64,000 bases of DNA from Savitreella phatthalungensis (GCA_051599415.1 AP039692.1:1-64000); one strand, 5' to 3'; numbered from the stretch's first letter, positions 30,101 to 40,962 are shown. Program-made: numbers and translations. The notes: a model not told the origin generated them from the letters alone.

Positions 30101-33100
30101 AGCTCAACCTCGCGCCTCCTGATGTTCTCGAGGCTCTCAATCGCCTGCTCGACGACAATCGCGAGCTCCTCATCCCAGACACGCAAGAGATCGTTCGACC
30201 CCATCCGCATTTCACCCTGTTCGCCACCCAGAATCCTGCAGGGCTCTACGGCGGCAGAAAGCACCTATCTCGGGCATTCCGTAATCGCTTCCTCGAGCTA
30301 CACTTTGACGACATTCCACAGAACGAGCTCGAGGTGATTTTATGTAATCGTTGTCGGATTGCGCCGTCATACGCGGGCCGTATCGTTGAAGTATACCGTC
30401 AGTTGCAGCTGCGACGCGATGCAAGTCGTATCTTTGAAAGCAAGCACAGCTTTGCAACGCTGAGAGATTTATTCCGGTGGGCAAATCGTCCGGCTGTTGG
30501 AAATGAAGAGCTCGCCGTCAATGGATTCTACTTGCTTGCAGAGAAGGCTCGGCGAGAAGACGAAAGAACTGTGGTACGTGAAGTACTTGAGGCCACTCTC
30601 AGGGTCACCCTGCCGACCGACCTCTATCCACTCGATACGAAGACACTCGATACTTCTCTTGTCTGGACTTCACCTAGTCGGCGGCTCTTCAAGCTCATTT
30701 ATGAAGCCTTCCGCAACGACGAGGCTGTCCTTCTAGTTGGAGAGACAGGGGCGGGAAAAACGCGGATCTGTCAGGCGGTAGCAGAGGCGCTTGATCGTCG
30801 CATTACTATCCTCAACGCGCATCAAAATACAGAGACTGGAGACTTGATTGGTTCTCAGCGACCGATCAGAGACCGCGCAAGCCAGGCTACAATACTCGAG
30901 CGAGGCTTACGCGAATGGCATCGTACCAAAGATCTTGCTTCTGATGGAGACCTCCAAGACCTAGTTGGTTCGTTCTCCGCCGTCGGGGTCTCTGATACAA
31001 GTGCTGAAGCGTGTCGCCTTCGATCGTCCATCGCATCGGTTCATGCACTCTTTCATTGGGTGGACGGTCCTTTGATTACATCAATGAAGGACGGCGATGC
31101 TTTCCTCCTGGACGAGATCTCCCTCGCAGAAGATTCTGTTCTCGAACGCCTGAACAGCGTGCTTGAAACTGGGCGATCAATCTTGTTGGCAGAGAAGGGG
31201 GATGGCGAGCTCGTTCTTGCCCACCCAGACTTCCGATTCTGTGCGACGATGAATCCTGGAGGTGATTTTGGAAAGAAGGAGCTATCGCCTGCCTTGCGCA
31301 ATCGGTTTACAGAAATCTGGGTACCGGCGCTAAGCGCTACGAAGGATATGACGGAGATCGTTCAAAGTAAGCTCACCAAAGAGCGACGCCATTTCGCACA
31401 GATCATGGTCTCCTTTGCCGCATACATGGTCAATCGGAGAAGCGGTCCACTCGATCGCACAACGATATCGATCCGTGACTTGCTCGCCTGGTGCGAATTC
31501 TGCAACATTCCGACTTACACGCCAGACCAAGCACTCGTGCAAGGCGCCGCTCTTCTGTTCAGAGACCTCGACGCTGATGCCCTGGCTGAATTGGCCAATC
31601 TGTCAGGAATAGCGAATCTAGCAGATCTTTTGGTCGTTGGCGATGTCAGACTGGAAAATGGTATATTTGCCATCGGCAACTTCGCAATCCCTTCCTCGGC
31701 TGCACAACTCGATTCGAGCTTCGACTTGTCGGCGACCACGACAAGGTCGAACGCTAGTCGCGTGCTCCGTGCTATGCAGCTCCGTAAACCAATCTTACTC
31801 GAGGGCTCCCCGGGAGTAGGCAAGACAAGTCTGGTGACAGCAATTGCGCGTGCTGCAGGTCAGTCACTTGTTCGGATTAACTTTTCCGAGCAAACCGATC
31901 TCATGGATCTTTTCGGCTCCGACATGCCAGTCGACAGCGAGGCAGACTCGATATCTTTCGCTTGGCGTCCTGCTGCTTTCCTTCGCGCTATGCAGTCAGG
32001 TGCATGGGTCCTGCTCGATGAGATGAATCTCGCCACGCAATCTATTCTCGAAGGTCTGAATGCCTGCCTTGATCACCGTGGAGAAGCCTTCATTCCTGAA
32101 CTCAATCGAGCCTTCGACTGCCATCCCAATTTCCGCGTCTTTGCAGCGCAAAATCCCCACAGTCAGGGCGGTGGTCGCAAAGGGCTGCCAAAATCATTCG
32201 TGAATCGCTTCACAGTGGTATACTGTGACGAGCTCAGTCTTGAGGACGAGCTGCAGATATGTCGCAATGTCTCGAAGCACAAGGATGTCGACCGCGTTCT
32301 CCAGTTCGCGATGAATGTGCGCAGCAAAATAACACAGGATACCGCATTTGCCAGCGTCGGTGCGCCCTGGGACTTCAACCTGCGGGACGCACTTCGCTGG
32401 GTTCAGCTTTTGGAAACTTTCCCAAACGCTCCTGCAGCTTACTTTGGCGATATGCTCATTAAACAGAGGTTGCGCACCTCAGAGGACAAAGCAGTCTTAC
32501 AAGCCCTGTTGGACTCGCATTTCGAGCCATTTACTCGTCACGCATGCGCTGCAATTACCCGCAACGAGCTCCGCATTGACAGAGCATATCTGCCGCGGGC
32601 CTGTGCTGGAGCGGTCCCGTCCGGTATCGCCATTGCCCATGTCGGGATGGCCGAGAGTATCATGTTCAGCGTGCAATTAGCATGGCCCGTCCTCCTCGCT
32701 GGACCGTCTGCCTCGGGCAAGTCCACATTGATTCGTTCTCTCGCTGGACTGCTGGGTCGAAACCTAGTTGAGATCTCGATGAACCAGGATATGGACTCCT
32801 CTGACTTGCTCGGCAGCTTTGAGCAGACGGATTTCACCAGGCGCTACCATCGCCACATCCAGGATCTTCGAGATTTGATCAGGCCCGATGCCAGGCTTGA
32901 GCATACCGGCCTCATGGAGAGGCTCGCTACTCGGTCTGACGAGCCTGAAACACTCCAGCTTATACGGCGGCTCGCCCCGCAATTATCATCTAAAATTGAT
33001 GCCGCGGAAGCACTCCTTCCACAGCTTGCGCAGCAGTCTCGAGGCTCGTTCGAATGGGTGGAAGGTGCCCTCGTGCGAGCCGTCAAGACTGGCTCATGGC

Positions 33101-36100
33101 TAGTTTTGGACAACGCCAATCGTTGTCCAGCGTCCGTTCTAGACCGTCTCAATTCGCTGCTGGAGCCGGCTGGCAGGCTGACCATCAATGAGCGAGTCGA
33201 TGGGGATGGCAATCCGCTGGTGATTGAACCTCATCCGGCGTTCCGACTCTTCTTGACGTCGAATCCCGTCAATGGCGAGCTCTCGCGAGCGATGCGAAAC
33301 CGGTGCGTGGAACTGTGGATCGACCGGCCCGAAAGCTTTGATTCCATCTTCGAGAGCGCCCAAGCAGAGGAAAGCAATGATTTTGGCTTATGGCGTGCCG
33401 GACCGAGCTATGCGCTCATCCCAGCCTTGACCAGTCGCCATTCTTTGCGTCACTTTCGGACTGAACAGTGGGATGACGTGGATCACGTCAGGCGAGTTTG
33501 TGGGACAAACGTCAATTTCTTCGATCGTCTTCAGGTCTATCGTGCTTCGAAAGTTACCTTGGATAAGACTCTCCAGAAGTTCACGGGCAAGGCAGCCCGC
33601 GGTATCGTTGAGCGGCTAAGACAAGCAATGACAAATCCAACCCCAGCTGTGGCTCAGCTACTACTGTTTGCAGACCGAATTCTCCCGCTTGATGGGCGTA
33701 TTGAGGTCCTTGCCGCGTTCGCGAACGCCTTCGACCGGGCTCTGCACAAAGATGATCCCGAACGGCCGGGAGCTAGGCAAGTAGAGCTATGGCAAGCATT
33801 ACGTGGATTACATCCTCCAACTCAGGCGGCCTTCGAACATCACACTACATTGCGTCACTATCTGCACGCCATCGAGCAAATGTCGAGCCACACTGAGGCG
33901 GCTGCGCTCGCGGTCAATGCTCTAAGAATTCTTAATCGGCTGTGCGAGGTGACTTGTGACGATATCCGCATACCAAGCGTGAATCTTTCGCATCCGATGA
34001 GATCAAATACTGATCGAGATCCGCTTGCGGATCGCTTGCTACTCGCTGCTGAACTGCGGCTGTTGTCGAAAAAATCAGCTGAGAGTGACCACGAAAGCCT
34101 CACGTCAATTGCGATACTGGCCAGGAGACCCCTCGAAACACTAGCGCCATTTTTCGCCCCCCTTTCAACTGTTGCCAATATCCTAGCTGCTTCAGGCAAC
34201 GCGGTCGAGCTATCCCTCGCGATTCCCTCGCTGCAAGGCACGATGGCCTCTTGGCTAGCACAAAGGTATACGCGAGACAATGTTGCGCTCGACGAGTACG
34301 ACGTTGCTGATGCCCGGCGCAGGACGATCGATGGCGAGATGGCTCGTTCCTTGGCTTCGCTGTCCATCAGACCTGCCGCTGTGGTCGGCCGAGTCGCAAA
34401 TCTCATTCTCCCGGGCCTTGACTTGATCGAGTTCGCCGTCGAGTTCGTCCGAGCCTACCTTCCAGTCACACCTACCGACCCTGCTGCTGAGATCGAGATA
34501 CAGAGCAAGATGCGATCATGGTCAATTGCACAGCTCAACGAGCTGCTATCAGCGGCGCGACATGCTCATAAATGCATTCACGGTCGTCCAGATAGCCCTT
34601 TCATCGATCGTCTCACCCAGGAGATCTCGCATGCACAGGCTGTGATGGTGACCGTCGCCCACGTCGTGCGGCCAGTCCAGTCACAATTGCTTGAGCTGCA
34701 TGCCGAGTTCGAATATGTTCGCCAGCTCCTGCACATGGAAGCCCTTGACAGCCCGGCCCGTTCGACGGCCATTCGGGGCAATCTTCTTCGGGTGCGTCAG
34801 CGACTGCGCAGTTTCACCATGTATCAGGACCTGGTTGCTCCGCTACTCGCGGTCCTTGCCATCCTCGAGCTCGCCCTACTTGAGCGTGAGCGAAGTCAGG
34901 AGCGCGACAAGTTAGAGTCATCGCCGACTTTCCCAGTATCGCCACTGACTCTGGTCTCCATCGGGCCGGAGAGGTATGACGCGCCCGCGGGAGAACTAGA
35001 CCTTCTTCGTCAAAGTCAGTTTGCCCTCGAATGGATCAAGTTCACAAGATCATCCTCGAGCCCTGAGCAGCTTGTCCATGACCTATCTGCCAAATGGTTC
35101 CAAGCCTTCTTCATCGCACGAGAGCTTGAGGCCAAGCGCAGTGCGGAGCAGGGCTCTCTGTACAAAGGATTCGAAGAAGAGATGGACGAAGAAGCGGCTA
35201 TAAAGGAACTCTTCCCTGACTATGAAGCCGAGAGCAGTCATCCGTCTCAATCGAGCGGACTTGACACGCTCCGACTCGACGCTTTTCAACAACTCGCATC
35301 TTTCTGGAGCGGGACCGCAGAACCTTCCAGTCTGACAGAGCTCATACGTCTCGCGACGAAGGCGGCGCTCGAGTCGCGTGCCACTCTTGGTGAAGATCCA
35401 CAATTGCTTCACGCTGCAGCCGTCCACCTTGCTACTAAGGCTGGCTCTGTGACGGCGTATGACTTCTACCGCGATCCAGATAAGCCGAAAGCTTTGCTTT
35501 TGCGGGGTCTGCTATTGCCCCTGCGATACAGAGTGACCGAGTTGCGGGACGAATGGCCGGAGAATGCCGTTCTGGACGATCTACTGGATTCGATCAACGC
35601 CCTCTTGGCCATGTCGGTTGCCAGCCCGATTGCGCAACTGCTCACAATGGCTGAACAAGTATTTGTGAAGGTAGCAGGCTGGCAAGAGACGGCAGCGAGG
35701 CATGTTTCGCTCGTGACACACTTCGAAGCGATCCGCAATCTCGTCGTCTCCTGGCGGCGATATGAATTGGGTTGCTGGCCGCAGCTGTTGGACGTTGAAG
35801 ATCGGCGTGCCTTGGAGGCAGACACGAAGGCGTATTATCACCTGTTTGAATTACTGGTCTTTGCACCACTCCGGCACTCTGAGAATGACTATGTCACAAT
35901 GGCGCTCGGTCTGCTATTTGAGTTTATGCGCAAGTCGACTCTCGCCCAGTTCCCTCGGCGATGTCTTTACATTCAAGGCTTCGCGAAACATCTCACTTGG
36001 CTGTCAGCTTCCGGAAAGATCTCCACGACATGGGCAGAGGCTGTGTGCCATGTCTCAAGATATTTTTCTCGGTCGACACAACCAGTCATGGCCACCCTGG

Positions 36101-39100
36101 CTGCCGAAAAGAAGATATTCTCGAAGGAGGTGTACCAGACGATGAAATTGGCCAGCTGGAAGGACACGAATGTCTACGCTCTACGCGAGAGTGCACGGCG
36201 ATCGCATCGCACACTTTACAAGGTGATACGAAAGTATCGTTCGCTGCTCGCAAGACCCGTGCTTCCTGAGCTTGAGAAGGAATTCGCTTTCCAGCGATCT
36301 GCCCGCTTCGTTGCATCTATGCCTGAAGTTCTCCCGATGCCCGCTGTTGGACTTCCGGATCGCTATCAGCATCCTTCCCGGACAATAGCTCGTCTAGCTA
36401 GAATTTCGGCGGTAGAGCGGCCCGAGAATGCAATTGCCGGTCTGCTATCAGATGCCACAATGACCGCAAGAGAGCTGCGCAATGCTACGCCGAAAGAAGC
36501 CACGGAAGAAGCGCTCAAACAGATCAAGCATTTGAAGACTCGGAAGCGCAAGCTGCTTGCGGATTCCCTTCGCGAGCTGCGTCGTCTCGGCCTGCGAACT
36601 TCGACGCAGCCGGCGGTAGCTGCAGCGCAAGCCGACCAGATCAGCGTCATCCGAAATACTCGCTGCCTTGCATCTGTCGACGGCACTTTCGATCAAGTCA
36701 TTCAAATCCTGCCAAAGGTCCGCGAAGTGCTGTTTAGCCACTCTGAAGATCTCACAATAAACGAGATACGCCGTGCAACAGGGCTCTTTGACGCTTTACT
36801 CGATCGCTCCAGGCGCAATCTCGCGCTATTGGCGGATGCATTTGAGATGCTGGAGCAGCTACGCAAAAGTGCTGCACGCTTCTGTCAGCTGTCTCAGCTC
36901 GACAGCTGGTCGCCCGTCGCTCCCACCCAGCTTCGAGAGGTCTCGAGCTATGTTCAATCGGTCACGAGATACCTCTGTTTTCTGCCGGTCTCCATCGGCG
37001 GCATGGCTTCGGTCGGTGAACTGAGGTACGAGGAACCGGCTACTTGGAGAAGCATTCTGGCTGACTTCGAGCGAATTCAGTCCGTATTGGTTCCCGAGCT
37101 AGCAGTGCTTGATCCGCAGACCGCTGATACTATCTCAGGACTACCCGAAGTCATCTCACATACACGCGGTGCTGTCTCTGACATCCAATCAGCGTGCCCC
37201 GAGCTCGCACCGATGTACGATGAACTGCTTGTGCTTTTGTCACAATGCCCTGCGCCGGAAGTTCGTGGGGTGTCCAGTCAGCCAGTGCGCGAGGAACTGC
37301 TTTTGGATATGGCTGATGGATTCTTGGTCGCCGCTCAAAAGCTTGACGGCCTTGATTGGTCTGAAGTCAGCACCTTGGAAGGCGATTGGCACGATCGCTA
37401 CCATAAAGTCGCTTCGGAGCGCATTGCATGTCTACTGCGACCGTCCCTCATCCGCAAAGCCAGCAGAATCGCAGATGATCTGTCCTCCACGAGTTGTACT
37501 TCGACAAATGTTCTGCAGCACATCGCACCTGTCATTGCGGCGTATGCAGCAGTGGCAGCTCGCGAAGTAGATACCTTCTGCGCGATCCATGAGGAAACAC
37601 TCAAAAACACATACTCGGTGGCACGCACGCTCGTAAGCTTGGGTCAGGAAGGATTTTGCGGGCCATCAGAAGGAGAGGCAACGTCCTCTTCAGCTGCCAA
37701 TGCTCAAGCATCGGATGGCACCGGCCTCGGTGATGGCCAGGGACAGAAGGACGTCAGCGAAACATTGGATGATGATGAAGAGATTGACCTCGCTGATGCT
37801 CAGCCGCCTGAAGCTGGGCAAGACAATTCAGAAAATGACGATCGTCAAGATGCAAGAGAGCAGGCCGATGATTTTGTAGGCGACCTCGAAGACGTTCCGC
37901 AATCAGACGAAGATTCGGTCGAATCCGATGGGCAAGAAGACGCGACGGACGATTTGGATGAAGAGATCGGCGAGGTGGATGATCTCGACCCGTCTGCACT
38001 TGATGAGAAGATGTGGGATGGCGAGCAGGAGGAGCTGCGAGAAAAGGAAACAGACAAGCAAAACGCTCGAGGTGAATCTGATCTGGTCGACAAGGCGACA
38101 GACGATGGAGACGACGAGCCCAGCGCTGACAGTGCGGATGACGCTGACGCGGACGACGAGCAAGCCTCTATGGCTGATGATACGGATCCGCCGCCATCAG
38201 ATCAGAATGGTGTGGAGCAAGACAAAGAACTTCCTCCACCAGCTCAAAATCTCGACTTGCCCGATGACATCAAGATGGACGACGAGATCGAAACCGAAGA
38301 CGCTGGAGACGTTGAGGAAACTGTGGACGTCGACGAGCCAGAAGACGTGAATACACCGATGGAAGATCCCAAGAATGATGCAACCGAAAATGAATCGGAG
38401 ACAGGCGAAGAAGCGGAAGCTACCACCCCCCAGGATTCTTCGATCACAGCGCCGGAATCTCTAGAGGATGAGCAGGAAGATGCGAAGATGCAGGATGCCG
38501 ACTCTGCGGCAGGAGACGGTCAAGATTTTCAGGAAGACGATGCTGTTGATGCTGCAGAGCATGGAGCAAAGGCTGGCGCACCTACCGAGCGGCAAGCAGA
38601 TATGCTCGATGATCCGCAACATGACGAGCATCCATCTTCGACCAATGAAGGAGCTCTGCAAAGCCTAGCATCGCATCATGACGCCGAGATGTCTGCCAGC
38701 CGTGAGTTAATGAAGCAGGAGGAATCGGTTCGCACCCTTGGCGACGCACTCGAACATTATCGGCGACTGCTACACATTGCTGAGGCTCAATCACAAAGCG
38801 AGCAACAAGGCGAGGTATCGCAAGATGGCACGTCTGCCGAAGTAGAGCACGTTGGCGAAGAGGAGAATCACCAGTCTCAGGCACTCGGACCTTCAGAGAA
38901 CACCGAGATCCCGCCAATACCACAAATGGAGGCCGAAGAGAAAGAGACGCGGGAGCACGGCGAAGCTGGCGGCGGAGGAGGCGATGCTGCACCCAGTGAT
39001 GCAAGAGACATTGAGCTTATGCCCATCGACGAAGTCGCGGATCAGCTCGATAACCAATCTGACGAGAACGGATCAAATCGCCAAGAAGCTGGACTCGAAG

Positions 39101-39945
39101 CTACGGGCGAGATCATACGCGGGCCCGAGGCTGTGTCTGATTGGCGACGACACATCGACGCCACAAGAAGCTTGTCTCACGCTTTGAGCGAACAATTACG
39201 CCTCGTACTCGAGCCGACCTTAGCGACGAAGCTGCAGGGCGATTACCGTACGGGTAAACGCCTGAATATGCGCCGCATCATACCCTATGTTGCATCACAG
39301 TTCAAGAAGGACAAGATTTGGCTGCGCCGGACCAAGCCGAGTAAGCGCCAGTATCAGGTGATGTTGTCGGTCGATGACAGCCATTCAATGGCGGACTGCG
39401 GAGCGACCGAGCTGGCCTATCAGTCGATATCTCTGATCTCCTCTGCACTCTCGACACTTGAAAGCGGCGAGTTCGCACTGGTCGGCTTTGGCGAACAGCC
39501 GCGAATCCTGCACAGGTTTGAGGACGCATTTCAGGTCTCGGACAAGCTCTTTGATGGACTTACCTTTTCCCAGGGTCGAACCAATATTCGCGCTTTGATG
39601 GACGACTCCCTAAAGCTTTTCCGGCACGCACGGCAACGTTCGGAAGCTGCATTGGATTTGTGGCAGCTACAGCTCATTCTCTCGGACGGCTTATGCGAGG
39701 ATCACGAGGGCATTCGCACAGTGTTGAGGCAAATGCATGAAGAGCGAATCCTTGTCGTGTTCGTCGTTCTCGACAGCCGCAAGGACTCGATTCTGAAGAT
39801 GCGCCAGGTAAAATACGACCAAGGCATGACAATTCGAAGCTACATGGAGAGCTTCCCATTCGAGCAGCGCATACTCATCAGGGATCTTAGCGAGCTTCCC
39901 GCCCTACTGTGCAGCATTCTTCGGCAATTCTTCTCCGAAACTTGA
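27124..39945 (+). CDS. MDN1: Midasin (Rea1/Mdn1) AAA ATPase, 4273 aa, single exon
   Basis: Six AAA modules (GPTGSGKS, GETGTGKT, GPTSAGKT, GETGAGKT, GSPGVGKT, GPSASGKS), linker, D/E-rich tail and C-terminal MIDAS (DDSHS). Confidence 0.98.
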   Translation: MNDNLQTAELGRLAETLQDDPQRVIVLLSRALKYSTAARRFLTHILAGHSEWMQSCETEAALLAARRMLHDDRRLFRRFIDTDLVTRSCSDPVDAIRAPAQYVAAQLLGCESEIVLHSVTLEDGVPFECFHLMEASREAPTSAPGIMPSNVRMVGDVLVPCFKRTSASCFVPTELSTDSLNAAGRALIGDEGILVAGPTGSGKSFLVEQLAVMLGEDEGLVRIHLGDQTDAKMLLGTYTSSDQPGQFVWQPGVLLRAMTEGRWLLLEGLDRAPQDVLGLLDSLLEHRSVHIPGRDELINTCPGFKLFATVAAGSRSRLSGTRWTSLDLPAMTTTALSQILVARFPRLAQQVQTILRLAEAGSLNSREVTTHVILRLASRLDAAFAHHGIASATDNLTEALQFDMLAEAVDCLSSTLASVDERSSVTRAIGSVLNLPPERVQLYIDTHEPELREQKSRLTIGRVTVPKLRGESVQQRPFANTRHALRHMESILAAVKQHEPVLLVGETGTGKTTIVQQLASLLGTRLTVINLSQQTEAGDLIGGYKPLDARLLAVGLLDRLETLFARTMSASKNAKFLSEIRRAFSKATWTRFTTLLREASRIAMNKLAAPVDDDRRKRRRTDLMQAWQELGQELDAFARRTGTSSTQGFAFSFVEGSLIAAIRNGTWVLLDEINLASAETLEAIDGLLQDDPSVVLPEKGRLDPLRPHPDFRLFACMNPATDFGKRDLPAGVRSKFTEMYVDSPGADRRDLLKIVARYIGHLSVHDPRIINDVAELYVRAGALLAANRLVDGAGQKPHYSIRTLSRTLVFASGIHEMYGLRRALYEAFSMAYLTVLDATSEAILEPLVREFTIGRLANAKAALTLVPPQPTIPGPWTRFEHYWLACGDLETFIDEGYVMTASVHRNLLNLVRAVSTRRLPILLQGPTSAGKTSMIEYLAKRTGHPFVRINNHEHTDLQEYLGSYASDTGGNLVFQEGVLVKAIREGAWLVLDELNLAPPDVLEALNRLLDDNRELLIPDTQEIVRPHPHFTLFATQNPAGLYGGRKHLSRAFRNRFLELHFDDIPQNELEVILCNRCRIAPSYAGRIVEVYRQLQLRRDASRIFESKHSFATLRDLFRWANRPAVGNEELAVNGFYLLAEKARREDERTVVREVLEATLRVTLPTDLYPLDTKTLDTSLVWTSPSRRLFKLIYEAFRNDEAVLLVGETGAGKTRICQAVAEALDRRITILNAHQNTETGDLIGSQRPIRDRASQATILERGLREWHRTKDLASDGDLQDLVGSFSAVGVSDTSAEACRLRSSIASVHALFHWVDGPLITSMKDGDAFLLDEISLAEDSVLERLNSVLETGRSILLAEKGDGELVLAHPDFRFCATMNPGGDFGKKELSPALRNRFTEIWVPALSATKDMTEIVQSKLTKERRHFAQIMVSFAAYMVNRRSGPLDRTTISIRDLLAWCEFCNIPTYTPDQALVQGAALLFRDLDADALAELANLSGIANLADLLVVGDVRLENGIFAIGNFAIPSSAAQLDSSFDLSATTTRSNASRVLRAMQLRKPILLEGSPGVGKTSLVTAIARAAGQSLVRINFSEQTDLMDLFGSDMPVDSEADSISFAWRPAAFLRAMQSGAWVLLDEMNLATQSILEGLNACLDHRGEAFIPELNRAFDCHPNFRVFAAQNPHSQGGGRKGLPKSFVNRFTVVYCDELSLEDELQICRNVSKHKDVDRVLQFAMNVRSKITQDTAFASVGAPWDFNLRDALRWVQLLETFPNAPAAYFGDMLIKQRLRTSEDKAVLQALLDSHFEPFTRHACAAITRNELRIDRAYLPRACAGAVPSGIAIAHVGMAESIMFSVQLAWPVLLAGPSASGKSTLIRSLAGLLGRNLVEISMNQDMDSSDLLGSFEQTDFTRRYHRHIQDLRDLIRPDARLEHTGLMERLATRSDEPETLQLIRRLAPQLSSKIDAAEALLPQLAQQSRGSFEWVEGALVRAVKTGSWLVLDNANRCPASVLDRLNSLLEPAGRLTINERVDGDGNPLVIEPHPAFRLFLTSNPVNGELSRAMRNRCVELWIDRPESFDSIFESAQAEESNDFGLWRAGPSYALIPALTSRHSLRHFRTEQWDDVDHVRRVCGTNVNFFDRLQVYRASKVTLDKTLQKFTGKAARGIVERLRQAMTNPTPAVAQLLLFADRILPLDGRIEVLAAFANAFDRALHKDDPERPGARQVELWQALRGLHPPTQAAFEHHTTLRHYLHAIEQMSSHTEAAALAVNALRILNRLCEVTCDDIRIPSVNLSHPMRSNTDRDPLADRLLLAAELRLLSKKSAESDHESLTSIAILARRPLETLAPFFAPLSTVANILAASGNAVELSLAIPSLQGTMASWLAQRYTRDNVALDEYDVADARRRTIDGEMARSLASLSIRPAAVVGRVANLILPGLDLIEFAVEFVRAYLPVTPTDPAAEIEIQSKMRSWSIAQLNELLSAARHAHKCIHGRPDSPFIDRLTQEISHAQAVMVTVAHVVRPVQSQLLELHAEFEYVRQLLHMEALDSPARSTAIRGNLLRVRQRLRSFTMYQDLVAPLLAVLAILELALLERERSQERDKLESSPTFPVSPLTLVSIGPERYDAPAGELDLLRQSQFALEWIKFTRSSSSPEQLVHDLSAKWFQAFFIARELEAKRSAEQGSLYKGFEEEMDEEAAIKELFPDYEAESSHPSQSSGLDTLRLDAFQQLASFWSGTAEPSSLTELIRLATKAALESRATLGEDPQLLHAAAVHLATKAGSVTAYDFYRDPDKPKALLLRGLLLPLRYRVTELRDEWPENAVLDDLLDSINALLAMSVASPIAQLLTMAEQVFVKVAGWQETAARHVSLVTHFEAIRNLVVSWRRYELGCWPQLLDVEDRRALEADTKAYYHLFELLVFAPLRHSENDYVTMALGLLFEFMRKSTLAQFPRRCLYIQGFAKHLTWLSASGKISTTWAEAVCHVSRYFSRSTQPVMATLAAEKKIFSKEVYQTMKLASWKDTNVYALRESARRSHRTLYKVIRKYRSLLARPVLPELEKEFAFQRSARFVASMPEVLPMPAVGLPDRYQHPSRTIARLARISAVERPENAIAGLLSDATMTARELRNATPKEATEEALKQIKHLKTRKRKLLADSLRELRRLGLRTSTQPAVAAAQADQISVIRNTRCLASVDGTFDQVIQILPKVREVLFSHSEDLTINEIRRATGLFDALLDRSRRNLALLADAFEMLEQLRKSAARFCQLSQLDSWSPVAPTQLREVSSYVQSVTRYLCFLPVSIGGMASVGELRYEEPATWRSILADFERIQSVLVPELAVLDPQTADTISGLPEVISHTRGAVSDIQSACPELAPMYDELLVLLSQCPAPEVRGVSSQPVREELLLDMADGFLVAAQKLDGLDWSEVSTLEGDWHDRYHKVASERIACLLRPSLIRKASRIADDLSSTSCTSTNVLQHIAPVIAAYAAVAAREVDTFCAIHEETLKNTYSVARTLVSLGQEGFCGPSEGEATSSSAANAQASDGTGLGDGQGQKDVSETLDDDEEIDLADAQPPEAGQDNSENDDRQDAREQADDFVGDLEDVPQSDEDSVESDGQEDATDDLDEEIGEVDDLDPSALDEKMWDGEQEELREKETDKQNARGESDLVDKATDDGDDEPSADSADDADADDEQASMADDTDPPPSDQNGVEQDKELPPPAQNLDLPDDIKMDDEIETEDAGDVEETVDVDEPEDVNTPMEDPKNDATENESETGEEAEATTPQDSSITAPESLEDEQEDAKMQDADSAAGDGQDFQEDDAVDAAEHGAKAGAPTERQADMLDDPQHDEHPSSTNEGALQSLASHHDAEMSASRELMKQEESVRTLGDALEHYRRLLHIAEAQSQSEQQGEVSQDGTSAEVEHVGEEENHQSQALGPSENTEIPPIPQMEAEEKETREHGEAGGGGGDAAPSDARDIELMPIDEVADQLDNQSDENGSNRQEAGLEATGEIIRGPEAVSDWRRHIDATRSLSHALSEQLRLVLEPTLATKLQGDYRTGKRLNMRRIIPYVASQFKKDKIWLRRTKPSKRQYQVMLSVDDSHSMADCGATELAYQSISLISSALSTLESGEFALVGFGEQPRILHRFEDAFQVSDKLFDGLTFSQGRTNIRALMDDSLKLFRHARQRSEAALDLWQLQLILSDGLCEDHEGIRTVLRQMHEERILVVFVVLDSRKDSILKMRQVKYDQGMTIRSYMESFPFEQRILIRDLSELPALLCSILRQFFSET

Positions 39946-40076
39946 ATCTGCACACATCTACTGCATGTATGTACATCATATTGTAATTTAGCATGAATAG
40001 AAACGCATATGAGACAAGCGCTTTCGAACATGTCTGGAGTCATCAGGAATGTGTCCAGTGTGTAAACGTCGTCCTG

Positions 40077-40781
40077 ATGGAGGCAGTGCTCGAAGTAGCG
40101 TGCGCTCGTCTTGAGAACGAGCTGAATCGGCGACAAGAGGATCTAAGAGTCGAAGAAGTCAGAACGCGAGAGCTTAAGAAGGACATCTCAAACATCACCG
40201 TGGCAATTGAGAAGAGGCCGATTGAAGCATTGCATGCAGTCGAACAAGTTTCCAGCGCGCTGCACGCCGCTCTGACCCAGATCTCTGCGTTTGTTCAAGA
40301 GGCCTTGGTCAAGGCCCAGGCTTCGGCGCGTGAAAGAGAAGTCCTACTTGAAGCGCTCGCTACGGCGAAGGCGCTCGAGCTCACTCGAGGAGTGCAGCAA
40401 GCCGACGATGTCCATGATTTGATCCAAGACTTGCCTCATCTCAGCAAGTTATGGGCTGTCTCTCGCGGTGTTGAACTACTGGAAGATCAGGTGTCAGCTC
40501 GTGAGGTTTGCAGCAAGCTAACAGACGCGCTGGAGTCGACTGGAAGGGCATTGAGTCGACATATCACTCACATGCTCATTTCGCGCGAGCTACATGTCAG
40601 CGCTTGCGAGCGCGACGCTGTGGGTCGAGACCTGATGCTCGAGCTGCACAAGCGCCAAAACACTGACGCTCAGCGTTCTCGCAAATTGCTCTTGCAAGAA
40701 GCAGTCGATCATGCCGAGACATGGCCCTTCCGGCGCGAGGATGTTCCAGCCATGGTCGATGATTATGGCGCTCTCTCGTGA
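40077..40781 (+). CDS. Hypothetical helical/coiled-coil protein (alternative upstream ATG at 39993)
   Basis: ORF of >230 codons rich in L/E/A/R with gene-like composition. No family recognised. Confidence 0.65.
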   Translation: MEAVLEVACARLENELNRRQEDLRVEEVRTRELKKDISNITVAIEKRPIEALHAVEQVSSALHAALTQISAFVQEALVKAQASAREREVLLEALATAKALELTRGVQQADDVHDLIQDLPHLSKLWAVSRGVELLEDQVSAREVCSKLTDALESTGRALSRHITHMLISRELHVSACERDAVGRDLMLELHKRQNTDAQRSRKLLLQEAVDHAETWPFRREDVPAMVDDYGALS

Positions 40782-40962
40782 GCAACCATCCGTGACATAA
40801 TGTATTATTACTAACAAAATACAGTGCCCAAGCGCTTCTTCCTCTCGCACAGTCTCTCAGACTGTCATATCCCCCGCTGGACGAAAGCCGGCTTCACGAC
40901 CAGTGCCAGCGATTCGGGGCTGTGGACATTGCTAGAGACATTTTGAAGGTCTCTGGGACGAG

